Of a DNA stretch of 39,517 nucleotides, positions 10,641 to 22,830 are shown one piece after another. A model generated the notes under the pieces. The model did no database searches. It was not told where the DNA came from and saw only the letters and a list, made by a program, of their open reading frames with translations. The position numbers and the translations under genes are program-made. The DNA lies in NCBI RefSeq assembly GCF_001194135.2, contig NC_068989.1, forward strand, positions 20,931,744-20,971,260. The letters run 5' to 3'. The number at the start of each line of letters is the position of its first letter. Positions within the stretch are counted from its first letter, which is position 1. This DNA comes from Octopus bimaculoides. Taxonomy: Eukaryota.

Positions 10641-11122
10641 TTCTCAAGTTTTGAGGGAATTTAGTCACTCATACGGTATGGTGTCATAGTTTAGAAGCTC
10701 GCTTTGCAGTCATTTGGTTTCATGTGCTGTCTCACCCCACTTCACTTTAAGCGTGTGACTTTTACTAAAGACCTAGGCTAACCAATGCCTTGCGAGTGAA
10801 TTTGGTGGACAGAAATTATATATATATATATATATATATATNNNNNNNNNNNNNATATATAATTTAATACAAGGTAAAATAGTTTCCTTTATAGGAGTGG
10901 AATATAGGAATGGAAAACATCCAATTTTCCACTGTTTTTCAGTAAATACGCAGAGAAAAAATTTTCACAGCTCAAAAGGTTATATATATTCAATATACAA
11001 AAATTAAAAGAAAATGGACATTCACGACTGACATATTTTAAATATGATTTATTAAATTAGTATCATATTACAATAATAATATAATATAATATAATATAAT
11101 ATAATATAATATGAATAGAAAT

Positions 11123-12895
11123 AGTGTGTGACAAGGCTGAAACTTCGAATTACAAGCACAATACATCATGTAAACAGTTTTCAATCGCCCATTTTCACTC
11201 AATTGAGAAAAAGTAGATCTGAGATTATCGAAAACAATAATTACTCATAATTCCACCTTGTGGGGTCTAACACAAGATCTTGTGGCTCTGTGGTTTCGTT
11301 ATATTGCGTCTACAATGAAGTTATAATACTCAAGTAACACACTAGCAATTAAAACAATGAAACTATAGGGTCATTCGATCTGCTGGAGATATCGACCAAA
11401 TCTTCTTCAAATTATATACTGCTGTTTTGGTAACAGAAGGACACTTTCTATAATGTAGTTTCAGGTCGATTTCTTCGACTGACCCTTTCAAGGTGGTATC
11501 TCAGCATGGCTGCAATCCAATGACAGACACAAATTGAGGAAGAAAGATAGTAGAAGCCATAGACTAATGTTTCATTGCAATTTCATTTTACCTTTTTTTT
11601 TAGTTATATGGTAAGATGTGATATGAATGATATAGGACTGATAAAAAAGAAGGCGAAAATGTTCTTCAGCATTTCAAGAAATTTTACTTAGGAAGGGGAA
11701 TGAACTCTGTTGTACTAAATGGCAGTAGTTTCCTTTAGAGTCTAAAGTTTAGACAATACTAAAATTATTTGTAAATATTCACTCACGTAACTGAGCGTCA
11801 AAGAAATGTAGCCAAGGGTAACGAACAATCGCATAGCTATTTTTTCTTTGAAGTAGTGGATTTTTCATCGGTTACTGATATTTATACAAAAAGAATTAAA
11901 AGAAAATGGAGATTTACGATTGACATATTTTGAATATAATCTATTAACATAATATCTTATTACAATTATAATATAATATAATATAATATAATATAATATA
12001 ATATAATATGATATGATATGATATAATATGATATAACATAATATAATATAATATAATATAATATAATATAATATAATATGATATGATATAATATAATATA
12101 ATATAATATAATATAATATAATAGAAATAGAAATACAAATATCAATCCTACAAATTGTTTCGATTCATGAACAATAATGCATTTATAAAAAATTCATATT
12201 TAATGAGTATGAATCTCATCAGGGAAGTATTTGACGCAATTAGACAGAATTACATGTAAGGATTGTTAATTCCTAGAATAGACTGAATTAGATATGTTTG
12301 TAAGCGTGAGCGTCAATAATTTAAACATATAATAACAATAAAAATAAATAATTCAAATAAATGTAAACTAGTATAAATGTAAATAAAAAATAGTATTCTT
12401 TAGCACATTTAATAGTACTAATCTAAAAATATTTCTGCCCATTATTATTTATATAAAAAATCTAAATAATATGCCAAGAATTTATGGCTGGCTGGGAAAT
12501 ATCTTCTTTTATTCTTTAGGAAGAAATATATTTTATTCAGAGAAAATATTTAGAAAAATCGTTAATCCATAAAAGAAAAAAAAAACAAAAAAAAAAAACG
12601 CGCTATTAATTATGCCTAAATAGCAAAAAAAAAAAAATCTTCTTTATTATAATAATACAATATCAATAAATAGAAGGGACAATACAGGACATTACAAACA
12701 AATAGTGTTCATGAGTTCGTTTAATGAGATTTTATACTTTTCGGCTGAGATGGCGCTGCAAAACACCTTTTCGAAAATATATATAATTCTAAGTGACTCA
12801 AAGTCACTGATCTAATAAAATAGAAACATTGTTGTTCCTAAGTCTCTCAACTAGAGATATTCAGTAGCAACACTCTAAAGTAACGATTTTTTGCA
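11123..12895 (+). repeat. left arm of a large imperfect inverted repeat
   Basis: 11123-11880 is the reverse complement of 13595-14679, and 12597-12895 is the reverse complement of 13305-13575 (e.g. AAACATTGTTGTTCCTAA / TTAGGAACAACAATGTTT). Confidence 0.85.
11968..12122. repeat. (ATAAT/ATGAT)n pentanucleotide microsatellite; shorter copy at 11075-11112
   Basis: Direct reading. Confidence 0.9.
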
Positions 12896-13304
12896 AACCT
12901 AATGTGGAAGTCCCATTTTGGGGTGAATGCGACAGGAGACATCGTTCTACAGTACACTTAGGTTCTGGTATCCTTATATTTTCGACCAAATCTTCTTCAG
13001 ACTATACACTGCTGTCTTGGTAACAGAAGGACACTTTCTATAATGTAGTTTCAGGTCGATTTCTTCGACTAACCCTTTCGAGGTGGTATCCCAGCATGGC
13101 TGCAGTCTAATGACGAACACAAATTGAAGGAGAAAGATAATAGAAGCCATAGTCTCCTTATAGGAGGAGGTTAGTACAGATACTGCTTAGTGCTGAGTGG
13201 GGGTGCTAACCTCCCCTGTTCGAAAATATAAGGACACAGATCGTGTTTCGTATTCCTAGCTGGAGATGATGTCTCCTGGGGTTAAACAACAGGAGCATTC
13301 GCCC

Positions 13305-14679
13305 CAAAATGTTCGTTACTTCAAAGTGCTACTACTTAATATCTCTTGTTGAGAGATTTAGGAACAACAATGTTTCTATTTTATAATAATATATTTGTGT
13401 CATTATGATAATCTATATTTATGGTTTCATTTTTTCGAAAGATATTTTCTTAATAAAACTAATTTTTATTATGATAGCAATTTTCGTGTAGGTGACTATA
13501 AATAATGAATAGAATGTAATTTATATTTTTATAATTATTTCTTTTGCTATTTAGACATAATTAATAGCGCGTTGTTTTTTTCTTTATATATATATCAGCA
13601 ACCCATGAAAAATTCACTGCCTCAAAGAAAAAATAGCTTTCCGATAGTTCGTTACCCTTGGCTACATTTCTTCGACATCCATGTCAAAAAGACAAAAAAA
13701 AAAAAAAAGCAAAAAAGAAAGAAAAAGACTTGAATAGTTTCGAACAAAACTAAGTACTGGGGGAGAGAAAATCGACTAAAATTTCTTGCCTCTGAGACCC
13801 CACAATAGCGGCAATAGAAAATAGTTGCATTTGTGTTTCATTTAGAAAGTTGTCACTCCGAATTTATGCAGTGCACCAAGAATCCTGTGTATTAACTAGT
13901 ACACTAATGTGTGTGTGTACATATATGCACGTTTTGGGATATGCTTACCTTTATGCTCTGCTGCGTAAGTGAATATTAAGAAATAACTTAGAGTATATTG
14001 TCTAAAGGAAACTGCCATTTAGTAGAACATAGTTATTCCCCTTGCTAAGTAAAACTTTTTGAAATGCTGAACAACATAATCGCAAATATTTATTTCCTTT
14101 TCTTGTTTACTGAAAACTTGCGATCGATGTTTTTTCTCATTTTCGCCTTCTTTTTTATATCATTCTATATCATTCATATCATATCTTACCATATAACAAA
14201 AAAAAAAAAAAGGTAAAATGAAATTGCAATGAAACATTAGTCTATGGCTTCTATTATCTTTTTTCTTCAAATTGTGTTCGTCATTAGACTGCAGCCATGG
14301 TGGAATACCGCCTTGTAAGGGTTAGTCAAAGAAATCGACATGAAACAGCATTATACTAAGTGTCCTTCTGTTACCAAAATAGCAGTACATAGTTTGAAGA
14401 AGATTTGGTCGATATTTCCAGCAGATCGAATGACTCCATAGTTTCATTGTTTTAATCGCTAGTGTGTTACTTGAGTATTATAACTTCATTGTAGACGCGA
14501 TATAACGAAACCACAGAGCCACGAGATCTCGTGTTAGACCCTACTAGGTGGAATTACGAGTAATAATTGTTTTCAATAATCTCAGATCTACTTTTCTGAA
14601 TGAGTGAAAATGGGCGATTGAAAACTGTTTAGATGATGTATTGTGCTTGTAATTCGAAGTTTCATCCTTGTCATACACT
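13305..14679 (-). repeat. right arm of the large imperfect inverted repeat
   Basis: Collinear reverse complement of the left arm, with private insertions at ~13680-13960 and ~14070-14140. Confidence 0.85.
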
Positions 14680-14929
14680 GTGTTGTGCTGAATTTACCTG
14701 AGAATTACACTAAAATGACAAGTGACGGCGGGATTCTCAATCTGCAAGGCCAGGAATTTCTGGGAATTATTCATTGGTCCTTCACCGAAATTCCTCCGGC
14801 GCAGACAAGCCGCATGATTCTTATCGATGCCTAAAATCTCCATGAGGGCGTTTGCCTACCACTAACCCCCGATAGAAATGTTAGTAAGTAAGTCTGCAGC
14901 TTTAATTGTGAATAGAGCCTGAAAGATAA

Positions 14930-16191
14930 AATCTGGTATTATAATATTACCGCCAGATGGCTGAGAAATAATTTGAGATACTAGAACCTAAGTGTACTGC
15001 AGTACTATAAGGTAATGGAATGAGTGCAAGCAAAGAATTAGGAATGTGCTCTAACCAAAACTAAAAGGAGAGAATATTGTCAAACCAAGGAATACATGGC
15101 TCATGCCAGTTTTAAAATACACTGGTCTTCTTCTAAAATGGTCAAAATCAAAGCTATAGGAATTAGACAGTACTAGGAAACTGCTTACTCAATGTAACAT
15201 TGACATGTACTTACAAAGAAAGGAAGGTGGCAGAGACTTGTAAATGCAGAAGACATTATTACTGCGATGCTGGCTTTGAAAAACTATGTTATGTGTTGTG
15301 AAGAAAGAATGCTATCTGCGACAAGAATTATCTAATACGTTACTGAAACAGTAAGAAAATTCAAGAGCAGGAGTAAGGGCAACAAAACATACAGATGGGA
15401 AAAGAATGAATTACAAGACCAATTCATGCAACATATCGCAGATATTGTAACAAAAGAATACTGGTTGTAGCTCACAGATGGGAACCTGAAACGTTGAACC
15501 AAATCGGTGATTATAGATGCTAAGAACAAGTCATTAGAACGAATTTGATAAAATTCAATTAGTGAATTAACGCAGAATCTGTGGCAAAAAGGAGGCGAAA
15601 GCATTACTCATCTCTTTAAGGAATGCAGAAAATTTGCATAAAAAGAGTATAAATGCAAGCATGGCTGTATCGGCAAAAGAGTGCATTGGCATGTTAACTG
15701 ACTGTACAAATACAAATTAACAGAAAAGTGATATGAATATGAGCTAGAGCCTGAATAATGAATAATAATTAGAAGATTCTTTATGGGATTTTCCCATAAA
15801 GAATGCCAATACTATTGAAGAAAGACGACTAAATATGATTATATTTCAATGCAGGAAAAAGCATTGTAAGATCATAAGCTTTTCAGTAATAAATTATGAT
15901 AAAATGAATACCAAAGAAATTGAGATGATTGTGAACTATCAGGATCTACCCAAAAAGATAAAGAGATTGTGAAAGGGAAAGATGACGATTGATCCTGTAG
16001 TAGTTGTTGCACTTGGAACAAATAGTACTTTAGGGGTGAAGTATATTGGAATTAAATCAAAGCATGATCGACTTGCAGAGAAGTGTCATTTTGCATTCTG
16101 CAAAAATCATAAGACTTTTAAGATTTGAACAAACTTGTCTTGACTTAAACTCGAGACAATGTCCCAAATAACTAAAGTAGCATGCAAAGCC

Positions 16192-16192
<1 letters not shown>
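14930..16192 (+). mobile_element. R4/Dong-like RLE LINE, 5'-truncated pseudogene (thumb, CCHC, endonuclease, 3' UTR) followed by (AAT)n
   Basis: MPVLKYTG...ELDSTRKLLT...MYLQRKEGGR; RICGKK..ESITHLFKEC..EYKCKHG...VHWH; ILWDFPI...RRLNMII...PVVVVALGT...LQRSVILHSAKIIR; many stops and frameshifts. Confidence 0.8.

Positions 16193-16263
<71 letters not shown>
16193..16263. repeat. (AAT)n microsatellite
   Basis: Direct reading. Confidence 0.97.
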
Positions 16264-16264
<1 letters not shown>

Positions 16265-16268
16265 CAGA

Positions 16269-16383
16269 GCACTTTCAATACAGTAACCATAAGAGCACCA
16301 CAGCAAACCACAGCACATACCCAAGGCACACAGAGCTGCGCTCGGTAGTGAAGTGAAAGCGCGCTATAAAAATAAAACTACTG
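16269..16383 (+). mobile_element. R4/Dong-like LINE 3' UTR stub
   Basis: CACTTTCAATACAGTAACCATAAGAGC...AAAATAAAACTACTG, matching 7950-8115 (reverse complement) and 39293-39477. Confidence 0.8.
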
Positions 16384-16401
16384 AATAATAATAATGATAA
16401 T

Positions 16402-16819
16402 AATTCCCTGATACAGTACCAGGCAGTGGCTTTCATGGCTTNNNNNNNNNNNNNNNNNNNNNNNNNNNNNNNNNNNNNNNNNNNNNNNNNNNNNNNNNNN
16501 NNNNNNNNNNNNNNNNNNNNNNNNNNNNNNNNNNNNNNNNNNNNNNNNNNNNNNNNNNNNNNNNNNNNNNNCTTAAACAACCCTTTTTCAGGGATCTTTT
16601 AAGTGGGATGGGCTACTCGACCTAAAGAAAATTCTAATTGGGCCCCGCCTACAAAGTCATGTGCTGTTAATCTTGATATTAGATCACCATGTCGCGCAGA
16701 TCTGCTTGTGATGCATGTAGCTGGAGTATCTTTATTAGATGGGTAGTAATGATGGGTCTACTGAGCTTGGTATATTTTACTCCAGTGTCACTTTGATGGC
16801 ATGCAATGTTCTCTCACTC
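16402..16819 (+). mobile_element. ~560-bp (AAT)n-associated element, copy 3 (spans gap 16442-16571)
   Basis: Starts AATTCCCTGATACAGTACCAGGCAGTGGC and ends CTCTCACTC-(AAT)n. Confidence 0.75.
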
Positions 16820-16868
<49 letters not shown>

Positions 16869-16905
16869 TATAAAAATAATAATAATAATAATAACGACAG
16901 AAAAG

Positions 16906-17459
16906 AATGCCCTGATGCACTACAAGGCACTTGCTATCATGGCTTCTGATCTTAACTGTTTGGAAGTGTTATCATGTACATGTTTTGTCTTGGTATAAAA
17001 GATGGGCTACAGCAAACATGCTTCTAAATACTAGATTTGCTTGTCAGCTGCTTGACCATAACTAGTTGAGCATGTCCCTTCGTGACCCACGATATATGAA
17101 CCTCTGACCAGGAGCAGAAGTAGTGGGGGAGCATCATAGCCATGTGTTGAGAGAAATTCTTTGAGGTTTGAATAATTCACCTCTGGAATCATAGGTGTTT
17201 CGTTCATCATCCTTAAACAATCCTTAAACAATCCTTATTCAGAGACCTTCTGCGCGTGATGGGCTACTTGACAAGAAGAAAATTCTAACTGGGCAACATT
17301 ATGTGTTGTTTATCTTGATACAAGATCACCATTTTCCGAACATATGGTTGTGATGCATGTGCCTGGTGTACCCTTTTCAGACGGGTAATCAAGTTGGGTA
17401 TATTGGGCTTCGTATATTATACACCAGTGTCACTTTGAAGGCATGCGCTGCCCTCTCAC
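16906..17459 (+). mobile_element. ~560-bp (AAT)n-associated element, copy 4
   Basis: Starts AATGCCCTGATGCACTACAAGG and ends CCCTCTCAC before (AAT)n; collinear with copy 1, with small indels. Confidence 0.8.
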
Positions 17460-17582
<123 letters not shown>

Positions 17583-18304
17583 GAACCATTGATCATGTTG
17601 TCTCCATGTGCAGTCTTCTTCCGCCTACAGAGTATCTCAACAGGCATAATAGAGCTGCACAGTATATTCACTGGAAAAGTTACAAAAACTTGGACCTACC
17701 CCATTATAAAAACTGGTGGGAACATAAACCACCACCAGTGCTTGATAATGATCACATCTCACTCCTCTGGAACTTCACCGTTCAAACTGACAGAAAGATA
17801 GATGCGAATAGGCCAGGCATTATATTGAAAATCTTTACACAAAAATCATGCCTCCTCATTGATATGACTGTCACAATCGACATAAATGTATCTGTCAAGA
17901 CCTACCAAAAACTGAGCAAGTATAAAGATCTTGAAATAGAAATTAGCAAAATGTGGAACCTGAAGACTAAAACAATACCTGTTGTCATAGGTGCCCTAGG
18001 AATGATAGCAAAAGGGGCATTTACCTACGTAGCTCAGATACCAGGAAACTCCAAAATGGCACAAATTCAAAAGATAGTGCTCACGGGAACTTTCCATATA
18101 CTACGTAAAATACTGTAATCTCAAAGTTTTAAAAAGCTTATAATGTTCTTATGTTTTCTTAAACATACTCTAGAACAATACTATGTGCAAAACCAAATAC
18201 ATGATACCCTAGGCATAACACCGACTTGGACTTCTAACTTGTTTCTTGAGGTCTCTGGATGAGACTTGGTGTCAACTTGTCCAAATACAAGCAAAAATCA
18301 AACG
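17583..18304 (+). mobile_element. R4/Dong-like LINE 3' fragment with open RLE endonuclease frame (ORF 17606-18118) and 3' UTR
   Basis: IDHVVSMC..EYLNRHNRAAQYIHW...LLWNFTVQTDRKIDANRPGII...CLLIDM...KLSKYKDLEIEI..MW...IPVVIGALG...IQKIVLTGTFHILRKIL*. The catalytic PD is mutated to PG. Confidence 0.9.
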
Positions 18305-18357
18305 AATAATAATAATGATGATGATGATGATGATGACGATGATTATGATGATGATGT

Positions 18358-18404
<47 letters not shown>

Positions 18405-18510
18405 TTGATGATGACGATGATGTTGATGATGACGATGATTATGATGATGTTGATGATGATGATGTTGATGATGACGATGATGTTGATGATGACGATGATT
18501 ATGATGATGT

Positions 18511-18554
<44 letters not shown>

Positions 18555-18614
18555 TTGATGATGACGATGATTATGATGATGTTGATGATGATGATGATGA
18601 TGACGATGATGATG

Positions 18615-18663
<49 letters not shown>

Positions 18664-18673
18664 TAATAATAAT
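18305..18673. repeat. compound (AAT)n-(GAT)n-(AAT)n microsatellite with a 60-nt higher-order period
   Basis: Direct reading; 18421-18464 is repeated at 18481-18524. Confidence 0.95.
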
Positions 18674-19095
18674 AAGCTTCAAGCTTCAGTCATAAAGCTT
18701 AGTCAGAAATTTAAAAAGTCTCTTGGCTTACAAGTTAACAAAAAGAATGACTAAAGACATCCAAATACTGACAGACCTACCACTGCTTCTGACTTAGAAA
18801 TTAACAACCAGGAAGACCAAAGAGATCCAAACAGTGACAAACCTATCATTGCTTCTGACTTAGAAATTAACAACCAGGAAGACCAATGAGATCCAAATAG
18901 TGACAAACCTATCATTGATGCAAAAAACACCAAACAAAAAGCAAAGAAGGCTTGCATGAATAATATCGAAGATAACTGGAAAGGTAAACTCCTGCATGGA
19001 AAATACCCTAACCGCCTGTCCAAGCCAGATATTGATCAAAATGTAACACACCAATGGCTACAAGAGACAGGTGTGAAAGTGGAAACAGAAGGAAC
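18674..19095 (+). mobile_element. R4/Dong-like LINE internal fragment with a 66-bp tandem duplication
   Basis: KQKAKKACMNNIEDNWKGKLLHGKYPNRLSKPDIDQNVTHQWLQETGVKVETEG matches the pre-CCHC region of R4-clade ORFs. Confidence 0.75.
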
Positions 19096-19099
19096 ATTG

Positions 19100-19870
19100 G
19101 TAAAATCTATTTATCAGAACAGCAGTAAAAATGGACTATTTTACTGAGAAGATAGTACATGGGTACTTGATACGTAAAACACAAACCATAGAGGGGAGTG
19201 TTCATGTCAAAAGCATGACATGGAGTACCAACAAGTTTATGACATTCCACTTCGAAGGCTGCATCCATGCAATTCAAGAACAAGAGATCCCCACCACGTA
19301 CTTAGAGCATTCGAGGCAAAAAGCTTTAACAGAAAAAAAAAAAAAAAAAATGAGTGCTGTGCACGACCAAAATTGTGGACATCAACCACAGTATTAATAG
19401 CTTTGAGAGAATGTCTTCTAGATGTTATCTTTCTATGAGGCATGATACGGCAGCCCGAAGAGTCTGGAACTGGATACCCAAAAAGAAAATGCCTACAAGC
19501 AAAGCTGACCATATTGAGACTGATGTGTCAAAACTATTCTGGCGGAATTTAAAAATTAAATCAGTCACCAAGTTACAACACAACCGGATGATATCGTCGT
19601 GTAGGATAAAAGATATGTGGAAATCAGGTGCCCTCTAGATACAAATGTGGTTAGACAATGCGAGAGAAAGAGGACATCTATGGACTATTCATAAGGAGTT
19701 TGCAAATCCATACTCAGCTTCAGGATACATACCAATCCGTCTAAACCAAAGTATGGCTGAACTTGGGACCTTGAGAAGAGAACGGAAATCATTAATTCAT
19801 ACGCTGCAAATGATCACATCTGGGACTATCAAAGTCTGTAAAACCTATTTTGGTTTTAGAGAATGGTGGT
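19100..19870 (+). mobile_element. second, distinct RLE-type (R2/R4 superclade) LINE fragment, degenerate
   Basis: HGYL...FEGCIHAIQEQEIPTTYL; LCTTKIVDINHSI...YLSMRHDTAARRVW; WRNLKIKSVTKLQHNR.DIV; VEIRCPLDTNV; SGTIKVCKTYFGF. Confidence 0.65.
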
Positions 19871-20369
19871 TAAATCAAGATACTTTATTTCACAACCTTG
19901 CTACCAAGTAGGTGACTTGTCAAAATTTACTCTCAGTTAAAAAGAGAAGATACATACATACATACCAGTCATTTTTGACTCCTCAATGAAAGCATTTCTA
20001 ATCGATGAGAAAATAGACAACAATAAAATACGAACGTAAATGAACACTTATAAAAATATTCATGATTTCCTTGGTACGTTAAAAACTGGTTTTCAAGTGG
20101 TGAGAATTTATCTAAAAATAAAACAAGGCCATAACTATATAACTATTTTAGTAAATGCACATTTATATGATTATAAACTATAAAGTTTACAGACATACAT
20201 CACATAAACACACACACGCATACACACACACATACACACACACATGTTGTATAATCATTTACTTTTTAGTCATTAGACAGTAGCAATACTGCTGCACTAC
20301 ATTGAAAGGCACTTGTTACTCCTTGGTTAAAACCTTGACCTGGTTGAATCGTAAGCTACTCAGAGACAA

Positions 20370-20505
20370 ATTGCTTGGCAGCATTTATTCCGACGATGTA
20401 CAGTTTTGAGTTCAAATTCCGCCGAGGTCGACTTCGCTTTTTTGCCTTTCGAGGTCGATGAAATAAAGTACCAGTCTATCACTGGGTTCAATGAAATAGG
20501 TTAAC
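20370..20505 (+). mobile_element. SINE with Meta/MESC-like domain
   Basis: TTTGAGTTCAAATTCCGCCGAGGTCGACTTCGC...TTTCGAGGTCGATGAAATAAAGTACCAG; homologous to 2128-2265. Confidence 0.75.
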
Positions 20506-20554
20506 CCTTAAGCGCAAAATTTCAAGCCTATAGTTGAAAGATTTGTTAAGTTTG

Positions 20555-20635
20555 GTACTTATTCAATTGCTCATCTTTTGACGAACCGGCGTTTTACTGA
20601 GACGTAAACAAACATAAGGCAAGCGGTGAGTGACA
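20555..20635 (-). mobile_element. OK-like SINE central fragment
   Basis: Minus strand CGCTTG...GTTTACGTCTC...CCGGTTCGTCAAAAGA...GAATAAGTACC resembles 32181-32291. Confidence 0.55.
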
Positions 20636-20654
20636 CACACAAACATACTCAACC

Positions 20655-20816
20655 AATCTGTCTGCCAGTCTGTCTGTCTCTGTCTGTCTGTCTCTGTCTG
20701 ACTGTCTGTCTGTCTCTGTCTTTCTGTCTGTCTGTCTGTCTGTCTCTGTCTGTCTGTCTGTCTCTGTCTGTCTGTCTGTCTCTGTCTTTCTGTCTCTGTC
20801 TGTCTGTCTATCTGTC

Positions 20817-20853
<37 letters not shown>

Positions 20854-20872
20854 GTCTGTCTGTCTGTCTGTC

Positions 20873-20909
<37 letters not shown>

Positions 20910-20938
20910 GTCTGTCTGTCTGTCTCTCTCTCTCTGTC
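20655..20938. repeat. (TCTG)n compound microsatellite
   Basis: Direct reading. Confidence 0.95.
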
Positions 20939-22094
20939 ACACACACACACTCATATACATAGTTGTTCGTTTGATCATTCATTTGTTTTACGTCTGTTTT
21001 CCATACTAGCATGGGTTAGATGAATATATAATATTGAGGCATTATTTTACAGCTCGTTGCCCTTCCTGTCAATAACCTTTATTAGTTTTTCATGTGTTGT
21101 CTCATTCCACACATCTTTCCACGGTGCGGTCAGTAAACAATTTGTTGTCAAGGAAGCAAACAGACTTCACACTTTGTAAGTCAGTTGTTTGTTGTAGAGC
21201 GTTCAGAATGTAAGCACATACTTAGAGACATGCATTTGAAATATTCTCCACATATGTATACCTTTATATTCTTGTATTGGATATATAATATAACAAAGCA
21301 GGGGGTAAGAAAGTATATACACGATGCACTACTCAATGCTCTATATCAAAGGCTCACAGCGAACTGCTTACCAACACAAACTGCCAATCGCTCACAGTAC
21401 TTTGTCTTATAATAATGAGTCAGTCCACCATTTCGTCACTTTGTCGGTGGTCGGACTCCATCTACAACACATACATAAATGCATGCATAAATCATACACA
21501 CACATACAAATATATATGTATATACAAAATAGGAAATTCGCAAAAGCGTTAAAATATATTTATGGAAGTAACGAATAGAAAAAGGAAGAAAACAGCACAG
21601 AGGATTGGCAAGTTTTAGCAATTATTGTATCTGTCAAGCATTTGAAAAGGTAACGTTTTAACATTTCGGGCGCTAGTCCTTTACGAAAAGAAAAATATAG
21701 AAAAAATAGAAAGAAGGAAAGGAAATTTAAAGAAAAGTGATTGGAGGAAAGAAACGAGCAAAGACTTTAGGGACCAAGTAACAATAGGCACAGTTAAGAA
21801 GTCAGGAGAAATGGGATGCTAAATATTCCTTAAATAATGTCATATATTAAATAAGAAAATGACTAATTAGAAAAGGTAGTCATACATTCTAATAAAAATA
21901 TAAGGAACTAATGGCTGCTGGACACCTTTTAAAATAGTGCTCTTCAATCATGATACAACCCTCTTTTTACCAAAAAGGTTAACAATAGAAAACAAAGAAG
22001 GAGATTGGTCTTTAGTACATCTTTGAAGTAAATGTGTCTCTTCTGAAAAAGTGTCAAATCTTCTAGAATGAACCTTGCATATACAGACACAGAT

Positions 22095-22147
22095 GTATGT
22101 ATGTATGTATGTATGTATGCATGTATGTATGTATGTATGTATGTATG
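22095..22147. repeat. (TATG)n; further (ACAT)n arrays at 22355-22446 and 22831-22880
   Basis: Direct reading; the arrays flank the SINE at 22447-22830. Confidence 0.9.
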
Positions 22148-22446
22148 GAGTTTCTAGATTTCTTGCCAATAGAGAAAGAGCCGGTTTCTAATCTAGATCC
22201 AAGATTCGTTCATTGGAATTTCAACATCAACAGGATATTTTTGTATGTATGTATATGTGCAGATTCGTATGTTTTATTTTATGTATGCATTCTCATGCGT
22301 ATTGTTGTATGTTTAGACATGCTCATATATACTTAAATTATGTATTACGCACATGCATACATACATACATGCATACATACATGCATGCATACATACATAC
22401 ATACATACATACATACATACATACATACATACATACATACATACAT

Positions 22447-22830
22447 GTTGTTGGCACTCCGTCCCTTACGACGTCGAGGGTTCCAGTTGATCCGATCAAC
22501 GGAACAGCCTGCTCGTGAAATTAACGTGCAAGTGGTTGAGCACTCCACAGACACGTGTACCCTTAACGTAGTTCTCGGGGATATTCAGCGTGACACAATG
22601 TGACAAGGCTGACCCTTTGAATTACAGGCATAACAGAAACAGGAAGTAAGAGTGAGAGAAAGTTGTGGTGAAAGAGTACAGCAGGGTTCGCCACCATCCC
22701 CTGCCGGAGCCTCGTGGAGCTTTAAGTGTTTTCGCTCAATAAACACTCACAATGCTCGGTCTGGGAATCGAAACCGCGATCCTATGACCGCGAGTCCGCT
22801 GCCCTAACTACTGGGCCATTGCGCCTCCAC
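22447..22830 (-). mobile_element. full-length tRNA-derived SINE (octopus OR-like family)
   Basis: Minus strand starts GTGGAGGCGCAATGGCCCAGTAGTTAGGGCAGCGGACTCGCGG...GGTTTCGATTCCCAG (A and B boxes), has a central domain and a 3' domain shared with 22996-23252, and ends in (ATGT)n. Confidence 0.9.

Noticed and set aside
16906-16990. HDV-like or hammerhead ribozyme at the 5' end of the 560-bp element
   Set aside because: CTGATGC is not a valid core, and I could not build the P1/P2/P3 nested pseudoknot by eye. A descriptor search on the consensus is still advisable.
18246-18754. Poly-Asp/Asn, poly-Met and poly-Ile ORFs resembling acidic biomineral proteins
   Set aside because: All frames of a (GAT)n/(AAT)n array lying between two LINE fragments; no signal peptide or splice context.
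21655-21695. Minus-strand AAGGACTAGCGCCCGAAATGTT resembling a Penelope hammerhead
   Set aside because: No CUGANGA core and no demonstrable stem I.
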